Positions 26,424-35,492 of a stretch of DNA of 64,000 bases are shown here, in pieces. The stretch's first letter is position 1; the number at the start of each line of letters is the position of its first letter. The stretch lies in the NCBI GenBank assembly GCA_018060545.1, contig JAGOVW010000001.1:61203-125202 (forward strand). The letters are read 5' to 3'. The notes below the pieces were generated by a model. It did no database searches, was not told the origin of the DNA, and was given only the letters and a program-made list of their open reading frames with translations. This stretch comes from Minisyncoccota bacterium. Lineage in GTDB: Bacteria; Patescibacteriota; Minisyncoccia; Phycocordibacterales; UBA2100. The translations under genes and the position numbers were made by a program.

Positions 26424-27338
26424 CTATGAACGTCGCTTACCGTGAAACTTCTGGTGTATCTCACGTAGATGCTTGTCTGTTACGTGTGTGTAAATCTGTG
26501 TGGTATTGATACTGGCATGCCCCAAAAGGGCCTGCACACTGCGAATATCCGCGCCGTTTTGCAGCAAGTCGGTGGCAAAACTATGTCGCACTACGTGCGG
26601 GGTAACTTTCTTTGTTATGCCGGCTTTGATGGCGTATTTTTTAACCATGCGCTCTACCGAGCGGCTGGTAATGCGCCTCTCCTTGCTCGCCGTTGCATTT
26701 TTCCCATACTGAATGAACAGTGCCTCGTCGAAATCATCTCGTACTTTGAGGTAGGCTGCTATAGCTTCCTTGGCGGTGGGGGAGAAGAACACTACGCGGA
26801 GCTTTTCCCCTTTTCCGCGCACCGTCAATTCATCCCGCGATAGATCAATGTCTTGATTAAGAGAAGTTAGTTCAGAGACGCGCAGTCCCGTGGAAAAGAG
26901 TGTCTCAAGAATGGCTCTATCCCGCAGTGCGGGAAGCGAACTTCCTTCAGGAGCCTTCAACAGGCGCGCGAGGTCCGACTCACTTATCATGTCGATTTCT
27001 CGATCGGGAAGTTTTGCTAATTCAATTGTTTCAGGCTGAAGGGTCTTAATGTTGTGTTTTCGTAAGTACTTCAAGAAAGCGCGCAAGGCAATGAGATAGT
27101 AGTTTTGAGTGCGTTTCTTCAGATTTCCTGCAGTACCATCTTGGCGGTTTAGCCATATGCGGAACTCGCGCACTGTACTGTGTGCGATATCTTCAGGACG
27201 TCGTACTTTGGCCTGCTCAAAGAAGCGCGTAAGGTAGCGATCATAGTTTTCCACCGTTTTCACCGAACGGCCTCGCTCAATCTCTACATACTCCAAAAAC
27301 TGCTGCTTGTACTCATCAATAGGGGATTTGCCTGCCAT
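26424..27338 (-). CDS. xerC: Tyrosine site-specific recombinase (XerC/XerD family)
   Basis: The C-terminal catalytic region HVVRHSFATDLLQNGADIRSVQALLGHASINTTQIYTHV, carrying the catalytic Tyr (R-H-R-Y); the N-terminal SAM-like domain. Confidence 0.8.
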   Translation of the reverse strand: MAGKSPIDEYKQQFLEYVEIERGRSVKTVENYDRYLTRFFEQAKVRRPEDIAHSTVREFRIWLNRQDGTAGNLKKRTQNYYLIALRAFLKYLRKHNIKTLQPETIELAKLPDREIDMISESDLARLLKAPEGSSLPALRDRAILETLFSTGLRVSELTSLNQDIDLSRDELTVRGKGEKLRVVFFSPTAKEAIAAYLKVRDDFDEALFIQYGKNATASKERRITSRSVERMVKKYAIKAGITKKVTPHVVRHSFATDLLQNGADIRSVQALLGHASINTTQIYTHVTDKHLREIHQKFHGKRRS

Positions 27339-27412
27339 GAAAAAAGGATACCACGCTGCGTCGCACAATATTTCCGCAGCGTGACTGAGCTCCCCACTGT
27401 GCATGCTATATT

Positions 27413-27760
27413 TTGGTAGTGAAAACCCATCACCAAATTCAGTATATTGAATTTTTGGCTAAAGACTTGGCCGTGGTGAAGAAGTTCTATTCTGACAGTT
27501 TTGGCTGGCAGTGGACCGATTTTGGTACACGATATAGTGCATTTGCTGGGGAATGCGTTGAAGGCGGGTTCGAAATAGGCGATCCAGTCCCAGGAACAAC
27601 CTTGCCCATTCTCTACTCAGATAACCTTGAAGCGAGCCTTCAATCGGTTCAAAGGGCGGGCGGGACCATCACCCAGGGTATTTTTAGCTTCCCTGGTGGG
27701 AAGCGCTTCCACTTCAGTGATCCAAGCGGGAACATACTTGCGGTGTGGTCTGACAGGTAA
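27413..27760 (+). CDS. Glyoxalase/bleomycin-resistance (VOC) family protein
   Basis: ~115 aa with the βαβββ VOC pattern (IQYIEFLAKDLAVVKKFYSDSFGW...GGFEIGDP). Confidence 0.6.
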   Translation: MVVKTHHQIQYIEFLAKDLAVVKKFYSDSFGWQWTDFGTRYSAFAGECVEGGFEIGDPVPGTTLPILYSDNLEASLQSVQRAGGTITQGIFSFPGGKRFHFSDPSGNILAVWSDR

Positions 27761-27764
27761 GTAT

Positions 27765-27797
27765 CTATAAAACCTTTTAACAATAAGGGTTTTATAG
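27765..27797. terminator. Terminator hairpin after the VOC gene
   Basis: ctataaaaccttttaacaataagggttttatag. Confidence 0.5.
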
Positions 27798-27869
27798 GAT
27801 TCTAGTGGTACGTACCTGCGGGGCCCAACCGTAGACCCTAGGGCACCCTCCCGGCTCAGGCGTGCGGGC

Positions 27870-27898
27870 TTGCAAATCACAAACAGCTGTGCTATACT
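27870..27898 (+). promoter_or_regulatory. Sigma70-like promoter of rpsO (TTGCAA - 17 nt - TATACT), placed so that the transcript would start at or very near the rpsO ATG
   Basis: TTGCAA 27870-75; TATACT 27893-98; ATG at 27905; no SD between them. Confidence 0.45.
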
Positions 27899-27904
27899 TG
27901 CATC

Positions 27905-28171
27905 ATGCTGACGAAGCAGAAGAAAGTCAACGAAATGAAGAAAACCCGTCGCCACGACGAGGACACTGGTTCACCTGAAGTTCAGGTAGCCGTCCTTTCT
28001 CGCCGCATAGACGAGCTTTCTGACCATTTGAAGAAAAACCACAAGGATAAGCACTCACGTCGCGGTCTTTTGGGCCTCGTTGCTGACCGCCGTCGGCATT
28101 TGAAGTACCTCGAAAAGAACGACAAGCGCTCATACAACGCGCTCGTCAAGAAACTCGGACTCAAGAAATAG
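27905..28171 (+). CDS. rpsO: 30S ribosomal protein S15
   Basis: DTGSPEVQVAVLSRRIDELSDHLKKNHKDKHSRRGLLGLVADRRRHLKYL; canonical S15. Confidence 0.9.
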   Translation: MLTKQKKVNEMKKTRRHDEDTGSPEVQVAVLSRRIDELSDHLKKNHKDKHSRRGLLGLVADRRRHLKYLEKNDKRSYNALVKKLGLKK

Positions 28172-28279
28172 TCGTCGGCCCGCAGCCGTCGCCCTTGGTT
28201 CATTTCTCCACTTTTCTCCTTTTTTTATTTAGATTACCTATACTTGTTAGGGCACTGCGGAGCCCTACTACATTACGTT

Positions 28280-28888
28280 ATGAACGTTATAAAACACCCC
28301 GGCCAGCGTGTGGCCGTATTCATTGATACGCAAAACCTGTACCACAGTGCTCGAAACCTCTACCATGCAAAAGTGAACTTTGGCAGCGTCCTCAAAGATG
28401 CTGTAGCCGGCCGCCAGCTCATCCGAGCACGTGCCTACGTCGTAGACACTGAATCAGGTGACGAAAAGCCTTTTTTTGAAGCATTGCAGAAAGTGGGCAT
28501 CGAGATCCGAACCAAACCGTTGCAGATTTTCTTTGGTGGCGCTAAGAAAGCCGACTGGGACGTGGGCCTGGCCATTGACGCAGTCTCTGCGGCACCAAAA
28601 CTAGATGCGATTATTCTTGCAACAGGTGACGGCGACTTCGTACCGCTCGTTGAGTATCTAAAGATTAACGAAGGCTGCCAAGTTGAAGTCATTTCATTTG
28701 GGCGTTCCTCATCTTCTAAATTGAAAGAGGCCGCGAACGATTTTATTGATATGGACAAGGATCCACGCCGCTATCTGCTTAACTACCGTGCACCACGATT
28801 CTCCCGAAAAGGACGTGAACAGAAGGAGGAAGTGCCTGCAGAAGACTCCTTTGTAGAACCAGCACCTGATTCACCAACTGACTGGTAG
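28280..28888 (+). CDS. NYN-domain (LabA-like) predicted RNase
   Basis: VAVFIDTQNLYHSARNL...AYVVD...DWDVGLAIDAV...ILATGDGDFVPLV; the NYN/LabA pattern. Start set at MNVIKHPGQ. Confidence 0.65.
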   Translation: MNVIKHPGQRVAVFIDTQNLYHSARNLYHAKVNFGSVLKDAVAGRQLIRARAYVVDTESGDEKPFFEALQKVGIEIRTKPLQIFFGGAKKADWDVGLAIDAVSAAPKLDAIILATGDGDFVPLVEYLKINEGCQVEVISFGRSSSSKLKEAANDFIDMDKDPRRYLLNYRAPRFSRKGREQKEEVPAEDSFVEPAPDSPTDW

Positions 28889-28917
28889 AAAAAAGCCGCA
28901 CGTTGTGCGGCTTTTTT
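28889..28917. terminator. Bidirectional terminator
   Basis: aaaaaagccgcacgttgtgcggctttttt; it shares the stem with the 4117/7581 hairpin family. Confidence 0.55.
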
Positions 28918-28922
28918 GCTGC

Positions 28923-29516
28923 TTACCGTTGAATTCGCTCGAGTAATTCTGGAAACTCTGCCTGTGCGAAAAAGTGATTTCTATCAGAAAAACGAACGAA
29001 TTCCGCTGAAGGGAGGGCGGCGGCGAACTGTTCTCCCTGAGAAATCGGCACTATCGCATCATTGCTAGAGTGGTAGATGTGCACTCGCCCTACTTGATTC
29101 TCAATCAATTCCAAGCTTTCAGGCATAGTGAAATCACCTTCACTCCACGCCGGTGCCACCAAGTGAAGCTGCCCCACGCGAATAGGAAGCTTGTTCTCCG
29201 CGAGATACTTGCCGAGAAAGTTACCTCCCAATGAATGTCCGATCAGAACCACGCCATCTTTCATAAAAGGCACATGCTTATCGAACCACCATTTCCACTG
29301 ACCATAGTGAGCGTCCATGTCATTAGGAAAACGCGGTGCAGCACAGAGCACTAGGGGTGCCAATTTTTCACATACATCGTCCTTCCATTTCTTGCGCATG
29401 GGCCCCGCCACAAACGGGTCCGACACTTTCCATACCGCATCCGATTCCCAGTGGCTAAAAAAGTTTTCTCCCGGCTTTAAGGAATCTCCTCCATGTACAA
29501 AAAATAGCTGCATCAT
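28923..29516 (-). CDS. Alpha/beta-hydrolase fold protein (esterase-like)
   Basis: GHSLGG nucleophile elbow; MQLFFVHGG N-terminus. Start set at Met 29516, which avoids overlap with the next ORF. Confidence 0.6.
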   Translation of the reverse strand: MMQLFFVHGGDSLKPGENFFSHWESDAVWKVSDPFVAGPMRKKWKDDVCEKLAPLVLCAAPRFPNDMDAHYGQWKWWFDKHVPFMKDGVVLIGHSLGGNFLGKYLAENKLPIRVGQLHLVAPAWSEGDFTMPESLELIENQVGRVHIYHSSNDAIVPISQGEQFAAALPSAEFVRFSDRNHFFAQAEFPELLERIQR

Positions 29517-29569
29517 GGCCCCAGTATACACAGAGCCGCCGCCTCGAAGAGGCGGCGGCATGCATGCAC

Positions 29570-29827
29570 TTAGTTGCGCACGCAGGAAATATGCTGAGCG
29601 GTCTTCACCACTCGCTCTGTTACAAGAGTAACGCACATCGTCCCATTTCGCCCCCTATACTGATACAGGAATTCCTGTGTGTCACCGATAGGTGTTTTCC
29701 CCACGTAAACCAGCAGGTCCGGATTAGCCTGCGCCTGTACCGGCTTTGGAATCAGTGATGCTATGCCGGCTGCCGTCATGATAATCCCCATGACCGCGAC
29801 AAAGAGAAGTGCTTCTTTCTTCCACAT
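29570..29827 (-). CDS. Small secreted hypothetical protein (85 aa)
   Basis: N-terminal signal peptide (ALLFVAVMGIIMTAAGIASLIP...AQA). Confidence 0.4.
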   Translation of the reverse strand: MWKKEALLFVAVMGIIMTAAGIASLIPKPVQAQANPDLLVYVGKTPIGDTQEFLYQYRGRNGTMCVTLVTERVVKTAQHISCVRN

Positions 29828-29990
29828 GCAGACCTCTTTCAGCAGATTGCACTAGCGTGCACCATACCACCGCCTCTTTTTTTCTGCTACAGTAGCCGTA
29901 TTACTGGCGTGACTGTCAGATACGCAGCATTTGCACCCCTTGAGGGTACGAATACTGAAATCTGGGAGTCACACTTTTTAAACACATACC

Positions 29991-32195
29991 ATGTTGGAAA
30001 AGAAAGTGTACGAATTGGAGGTAGCAGGGAAGACCCTTTCTGCAGAATTTAATAACTGGGCTGACCAGGCACATGGATCCGTTTTGGTGCGATACGGCAA
30101 CTCTGCTGTCCTGGCAACTGCCGTCATGGGTTCAAAAGAATCGCAGCTCGACTATTTTCCACTCTCTGTCGAATACGAAGAGCGCTTCTATGCAACTGGG
30201 GCCATTTTAGGCTCTCGCTTTATGCGCCGGGAAGGCAAACCGTCAGATGAAGCGGTCCTCTCTGGCCGCATTGTTGATAGAACTATCCGCCCACTCTTTC
30301 CAAAAGGCCTCAAGCGCGACGTACAGGTTATTCTCACCGTCCTCTCTCTTGAAGAGTACGATACTGATATCTTGGCTGTGACCGCAGCATCGCTCGCTCT
30401 CTCAACGTCGCACATTCCTTTTAATGGACCGGTGTCTTCGATACGCATTGGCCTCGTCGAGGGGAGTGACCAGTTCATCGTGAACCCAACATACACCGAG
30501 CGAAATGAGGATGGAACACCAAAAGCAACGCTCGACCTCACCGCCTGTGGTAAGGATGGCCTCATTAATATGATTGAGGTGGGTGCCAGTGAAGTAAGTG
30601 AGGATGTCCTCAACAAAGCCCTTGCGCGCGCGTCAGAGGAGATCGAGAAAATTCAGGCATGGCAGCAGAAGATTGTGGCAGAAGGTGGCGTAGAAAAGTT
30701 TTCATTTGTTCCTGCCATGACCGATGACGAACGCCTCGCACCGATTTTTGCCGCACAAGTCATGAAACGCATTGAGGAAAAGAATCACCTTCTTCAGAAG
30801 GAAGACTTCGGAATTCTAAAAGGTGAGTGGATGGCACATGCTGCAGAGCAAGTGCCCGACATTGACCCGAAGAAGCTCGACGGGTACTTCGAACACCACA
30901 TGGACGAATACGTACACACGCTTGCCATTGAGAAAGGGAAGCGCGTCGACGGTCGTCGCTTTGATGAAATTCGCCCCTTGTTTGCTCAAGCAGGTGGCAT
31001 CTCGCCCATGCTGCATGGAACCGGACTTTTCTACCGAGGCGCAACACACGTACTTGGTATCGTGACGCTTGGTGGACCCGATCAGGCACAGCTTATCGAC
31101 ACCATGGAGCAGCAGAACGGCAAAAAGCGCTTTATGCTCCACTACAACTTTCCCCCATTCTCTGTCGGAGAGACGGGGCGTGTGGGAGGAACAAACCGTC
31201 GCATGATTGGACACGGCGCACTGGCAGAAAAGGCATTGCGTGCAGTTATCCCATCTAAGAGCGAGTTCCCATACACTATCCGCATCGTCTCTGAGTGTCT
31301 GGCTAGCAACGGCTCAACATCAATGGGTACGGTGTGCGCGGGCACTGTGGCACTCATGGATGCTGGCGTTCCCATAAAGAAACCAGTTGCAGGGATTGCG
31401 ATGGGCATGATGTCCGACGCCAAAAAGGGTATCTACAAAGTGTTCACCGACATTCAAGGCCCGGAAGATCATCACGGAGATATGGACTTTAAAGTGGCAG
31501 GCACACGCGACGGCGTCACTGGTGTACAAATGGACGTGAAAGTAGAAGGGGTACCCCTTGCTGTCTTGGCAGAAGCGTTTACGCAAGCAAAGAAAGCACG
31601 CCTAGAAATTCTCGAGGTGATCAAAGGGGCAATTGCACTTCCACGCGCAGACATAAATCCACGCGCACCAAAGATAATTACCATGAAAGTTGCGGTAGAC
31701 CAAATCGGCCTCGTTATTGGCCCTGGAGGAAAGATGATCAATGGGATCAAGGACCGTACCGGCGTCGAAGAGATTTCGATTGATGATGATGGCACCATTT
31801 TCATCACCGGCAAGAACGGCACCGCAGAGGCTGCGCACAAAGAGATTTATGACCTCACGCGTGAGTACGAGGTAGGAGAACGGTTTGAAGGGGAAGTCAC
31901 CCGCCTGATGGATTTCGGCGCGTTCGTCAAAATTGGCCCCAACACGGAAGGACTGGTGCACATCTCAGAAATGTCCCCATTCAGATTCGATAAAGTCTCT
32001 GACGCTGTATCACTTGGTGAGAAGGTGCCTGTTATACTAAAAGAGATTGATGAGAAAGGAAGGTATAATCTGTCAATCAAAGCCGCTGATCCAGGTTTTG
32101 CAGAACGAAAAGGATTGAAACCATCAGCGCCGATGAACCATGCCAGAGGAGAACAGCCAAGACGAGAAGGTGGTAATCAAGGCGACAGAGCCTAG
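29991..32195 (+). CDS. pnp: Polynucleotide phosphorylase
   Basis: Two RNase PH domains, a KH domain (GPGGKMINGIKDRTG) and an S1 domain (GERFEGEVTRLMDFGAFVKI). Confidence 0.9.
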   Translation: MLEKKVYELEVAGKTLSAEFNNWADQAHGSVLVRYGNSAVLATAVMGSKESQLDYFPLSVEYEERFYATGAILGSRFMRREGKPSDEAVLSGRIVDRTIRPLFPKGLKRDVQVILTVLSLEEYDTDILAVTAASLALSTSHIPFNGPVSSIRIGLVEGSDQFIVNPTYTERNEDGTPKATLDLTACGKDGLINMIEVGASEVSEDVLNKALARASEEIEKIQAWQQKIVAEGGVEKFSFVPAMTDDERLAPIFAAQVMKRIEEKNHLLQKEDFGILKGEWMAHAAEQVPDIDPKKLDGYFEHHMDEYVHTLAIEKGKRVDGRRFDEIRPLFAQAGGISPMLHGTGLFYRGATHVLGIVTLGGPDQAQLIDTMEQQNGKKRFMLHYNFPPFSVGETGRVGGTNRRMIGHGALAEKALRAVIPSKSEFPYTIRIVSECLASNGSTSMGTVCAGTVALMDAGVPIKKPVAGIAMGMMSDAKKGIYKVFTDIQGPEDHHGDMDFKVAGTRDGVTGVQMDVKVEGVPLAVLAEAFTQAKKARLEILEVIKGAIALPRADINPRAPKIITMKVAVDQIGLVIGPGGKMINGIKDRTGVEEISIDDDGTIFITGKNGTAEAAHKEIYDLTREYEVGERFEGEVTRLMDFGAFVKIGPNTEGLVHISEMSPFRFDKVSDAVSLGEKVPVILKEIDEKGRYNLSIKAADPGFAERKGLKPSAPMNHARGEQPRREGGNQGDRA

Positions 32196-33429
32196 TCCTC
32201 GACCCATACCCCAAGGTGCACCCGCACCCTCTGCAGACGAACTTGCCCGCAATACGGGAAACCTCAACGATGACGTTACTCGCATCCTTGAGGAGATTAA
32301 AATACCTGCTCGCCCAAACGCACCAGAAAAGCCGGTGGTGAAACCGCAGTTCGAGAACGTATTCGCACCTCGAGACACTAAAGAGCAGCTCGAGAAGCAC
32401 GAAGAAACGAAAGTGAAACTTGATGCGGAACCGCACGAGCGCAAACCACGCGCAACACCGCTTGCGGACACTGAGAAGGCTGGCATGGTGAACGTGATGC
32501 CGTCAGCAGAAGAAGTTTCTCTGTTAAATGCTGTCGATGAAAAACCATTCGACATGCGTGCACTGCACACCCTGAAGGACGACCTCCAGGGTCTTGTTGA
32601 TGACAACAAAATGTCCCTCATAAAAGCAACTGCGCTTGAGGAAGAGAAGCGTCAGAAACGCGACCAAGTAGCACCGCCACCTGCCCACAAAAGCGCAGGA
32701 AAGCCCGTTGCCCGTGTAGTACTAATAGCCGCCACGTTTATATTTCTAGGCATCCTTGCTTTTGCCGCCATGTTTTTTGTGGCAGGACAGAGGCAAACCA
32801 ATGTCCCACCACCACTCCCATCAATCATGTTTTCCGAACAGACACTCGCATTTCCCTTGGTACAGGGTCGGTTGGCCAGCGAAGCTCGCCAACAGCTCGC
32901 CTTGGCTCGAAACCAAATAGCCCTCACCCTTGGTGCCATAGCACGTATCGCACCACTTATTTCGGCACCAAATGAAGTGGGTGAAACAATCCAGCGACCA
33001 GCATCCACAGAAGAGTTTTTGCGCTCAATAGGGGCGGAGCCACCAGAGAGCCTGGTGCGAGCATTATCTGAGGAGTTCTTCTTTGGGGTACACGCGCTCG
33101 ATGAAAATGTGCCGGTGTTGGTGGTACCCGTGTTAGTGTACGAACGCGCGTTCGCTGGCATGATTGAGTGGGAAAAGAGTATCAACGACGAGCTCGCGCC
33201 CATCTTTACTGCCATTCCAGCACAAGTAATCAATGCCGAAGGTAAGAGTGTCCCTCGCGCATTTGAAGACGTTATCGTACAAAACTACGACGTGCGCATT
33301 TTGCGTGACGCACGTGGCACTGTGCGTTTCCTATATGCGTTTCCCACCAGAGACATCCTTATATTCGCCGAAAGTCCGAACTCATTTGTTGAAATATTGG
33401 CTCGCCTGCGTGCCGAACGACGCCTCTAG
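32140..33429 (+). CDS. Hypothetical single-pass membrane protein downstream of pnp
   Basis: One TM (VVLIAATFIFLGILAFAAMFFVAG). The ORF overlaps the pnp 3' end by 56 nt, so the true start may be an internal Met. Confidence 0.45.
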   Translation: MPEENSQDEKVVIKATEPSPRPIPQGAPAPSADELARNTGNLNDDVTRILEEIKIPARPNAPEKPVVKPQFENVFAPRDTKEQLEKHEETKVKLDAEPHERKPRATPLADTEKAGMVNVMPSAEEVSLLNAVDEKPFDMRALHTLKDDLQGLVDDNKMSLIKATALEEEKRQKRDQVAPPPAHKSAGKPVARVVLIAATFIFLGILAFAAMFFVAGQRQTNVPPPLPSIMFSEQTLAFPLVQGRLASEARQQLALARNQIALTLGAIARIAPLISAPNEVGETIQRPASTEEFLRSIGAEPPESLVRALSEEFFFGVHALDENVPVLVVPVLVYERAFAGMIEWEKSINDELAPIFTAIPAQVINAEGKSVPRAFEDVIVQNYDVRILRDARGTVRFLYAFPTRDILIFAESPNSFVEILARLRAERRL

Positions 33430-33468
33430 TCAAGTTGCGTGGCTCGCTGTTGTTGGTATCATGGCGGC

Positions 33469-33816
33469 ATGAACACCACACTCATAAAAGAAAAACTTCA
33501 GGCTGAGAAGGCCACCTTGGAAGCCGAGCTCACTGAGCATGGCCGTTTTGATGCAGAAACAGGGAACTGGACGGGGAGTGCAGTCTCGAATGCATCAGAA
33601 GGTGCAGATATAAACGTTACCGCTGACACTATGGAAGAGCTCGGCACCAACAGCGCGATTGTTGAAGAGCTCGAAGCACGATACAAAAATGTACTACACG
33701 CACTCCAGAAAATAGAAGAGGGGACCTTCGGCATGTGTGAAGTAGGCGGCGAGGAAATAGCTGAAGATCGACTCATGGCAAACCCTGCTGCACGCACGTG
33801 TGTTGCGCACGCATAG
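33469..33816 (+). CDS. DksA/TraR-family protein (the zinc-finger cysteines are only partly conserved)
   Basis: Coiled-coil N-terminus, then C-terminal GMCEVGGEEIAEDRLMANPAARTCVAHA, which resembles the DksA C4 region. Confidence 0.55.
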   Translation: MNTTLIKEKLQAEKATLEAELTEHGRFDAETGNWTGSAVSNASEGADINVTADTMEELGTNSAIVEELEARYKNVLHALQKIEEGTFGMCEVGGEEIAEDRLMANPAARTCVAHA

Positions 33817-33825
33817 TAAACCTAG

Positions 33826-33867
33826 AAAAACAAAAAGCACCTCGCAGAGTGAGGTGCTTTTTGTTTT
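33826..33867. terminator. Terminator hairpin
   Basis: aaaaacaaaaagcacctcgcagagtgaggtgctttttgtttt. Confidence 0.6.
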
Positions 33868-33924
33868 CCCCACGTGCCATGCACAAAGCGCGGGGTCGCG
33901 GTATTGAACGGTAGACTAGGGGGC

Positions 33925-35448
33925 ATGAGTTTTGCGCGAATCTTTGGCGCTCAACCAGCACTCCCTGCGGCGCACATTGTGCATGTTGAAGCCGACGTTG
34001 GAAAAGGATTACATCAATTTAATGTGGTTGGACTTCCCGACAAGGCGGTGGAAGAATCGCGTGATCGTGTGGCCTCAGCCATAAAGAATAGTGGCTACAA
34101 ATCTCCAAAGCATAGCAATCTCAAAATTGTGATCTCTCTTGCTCCGGCTGCGCTTAAAAAGGAAGGTGCGGCATTCGATCTACCAATGGCGCTCGCATAC
34201 CTCCGCGCAGCAGAAGAAGTGACCTTCAGCGCTGATCACGTACTGTTTGCCGGCGAACTTGCCCTGGATGGCAGTCTGCGCACCATTTCTGGGGCGCTGT
34301 CGCTCGCCCAAGCTGCAAAGCGCGCAGGCTTCAAAGAGATTGTGTTACCCGAAGGTAATGCTGACGAAGCAGCATTAGTTGAAGGACTCACGGTACGCCC
34401 AGCCGCAACACTACGAGACGTTGTACTGCACCTCACCAAACCTACTGAGTTTCTTCTGTCATCACGCGTTTGTGCACCAACACCAGATTCAAACGAGCAT
34501 CTAGCACTTCTCGACGAGATCCGGGGCCAAGAGGGCGCTAAACGTGCACTTGAAATCGCTGCAGCAGGAGAACACAACATCGCCTTTTATGGGCCACCGG
34601 GAACAGGGAAGACCATGCTCGCCCGCGCACTGGCATCACTCCTGCCACCACTGACGCACGACGACATGCTGGAAGTGACCACCATCCATTCAGTAGCAGG
34701 CATACTCAATGGCACCGTACAACGCCACCCACCTTTTCGATCGCCGCATCACACATCCTCATACGCTGCCATCATTGGTGGTGGTGCCGTCCCTCGGCCA
34801 GGAGAGGTCACCCTCGCTCATCGCGGTGTTCTCTTTCTCGACGAATTCCCTGAATTCCACCGCGATGTCATCAACGCCTTGCGAGAACCGCTGGAAGACC
34901 GCGTCGTGTCAGTGTCGCGCGCCAAAGCGTCACACGTGTTTCCGGCACGCTTCATGTTAGTCGCCGCACTTAATCCGTGTCCTTGCGGTTTTGCTGGTTC
35001 GAATCGTTGCACCTGTATGCCTGTCGCGATTGAAAAGTATCGCAAGAAAATTTCTGGACCGATTGCAGACCGAATCGACATGTGGGTCCATGTCGGAGAA
35101 ATTGCACCTGAGGCTCTGTCAGTACACACCAAAAGAGTAGCTCCACACGAGACGGCCAGTGCACGCGCACGCATCATCCAGGCGCGTAATATGCAACACA
35201 CTCGCTTCTCCACGGTAACTCATGCGGCAACCAACGCATCCATGAAAGCACGTGACATAGAATCTCTCGCTCAACTATCAGCGAACGCCGAACGTGTTCT
35301 CGTCGACGCAACACGGAAACTTCGCCTATCTTCACGCGGCTACCACCGCACCATTAAACTTGCGCGGACGATTGCAGACCTCGCACACGCCGTGACGATT
35401 GAGCCGGAGCACATGCTGGAAGCACTTCAGTATCGACAGCGGGACTAA
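33925..35448 (+). CDS. comM: YifB/ComM-family Mg-chelatase-like AAA+ ATPase
   Basis: Lon-like N-domain; Walker A (GPPGTGKTM); the sensor region; RGYHRTIKLARTIADL; family pattern. Confidence 0.85.
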   Translation: MSFARIFGAQPALPAAHIVHVEADVGKGLHQFNVVGLPDKAVEESRDRVASAIKNSGYKSPKHSNLKIVISLAPAALKKEGAAFDLPMALAYLRAAEEVTFSADHVLFAGELALDGSLRTISGALSLAQAAKRAGFKEIVLPEGNADEAALVEGLTVRPAATLRDVVLHLTKPTEFLLSSRVCAPTPDSNEHLALLDEIRGQEGAKRALEIAAAGEHNIAFYGPPGTGKTMLARALASLLPPLTHDDMLEVTTIHSVAGILNGTVQRHPPFRSPHHTSSYAAIIGGGAVPRPGEVTLAHRGVLFLDEFPEFHRDVINALREPLEDRVVSVSRAKASHVFPARFMLVAALNPCPCGFAGSNRCTCMPVAIEKYRKKISGPIADRIDMWVHVGEIAPEALSVHTKRVAPHETASARARIIQARNMQHTRFSTVTHAATNASMKARDIESLAQLSANAERVLVDATRKLRLSSRGYHRTIKLARTIADLAHAVTIEPEHMLEALQYRQRD

Positions 35449-35454
35449 CTATGA

Positions 35455-35481
35455 GAACCCCGGCACTCAGTGCCGGGGTTC
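35455..35481. repeat. Palindromic element gaaccccggcactcagtgccggggttc (copy 1), 3' of comM and purB
   Basis: Identical to the copy at 36978-37004. No adjacent T-run on either strand. Confidence 0.55.
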
Positions 35482-35492
35482 GTAGGTAGCGT

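Noticed and set aside
26424-27338. The tyrosine recombinase as the integrase of a mobile element, given the tRNA cluster ~4 kb away
   Set aside because: The protein has the XerC/XerD architecture. Its neighbours (xth, cca, NUDIX, PNPOx-like) are housekeeping genes with local composition. There are no flanking direct repeats, phage genes or plasmid genes. It is most likely the chromosomal dimer-resolution recombinase
31142-32621. Numerous minus-strand ORFs inside pnp and the downstream membrane-protein gene
   Set aside because: They are antisense to PNPase, which has strong domain evidence. They are typical GC-rich antisense artefacts
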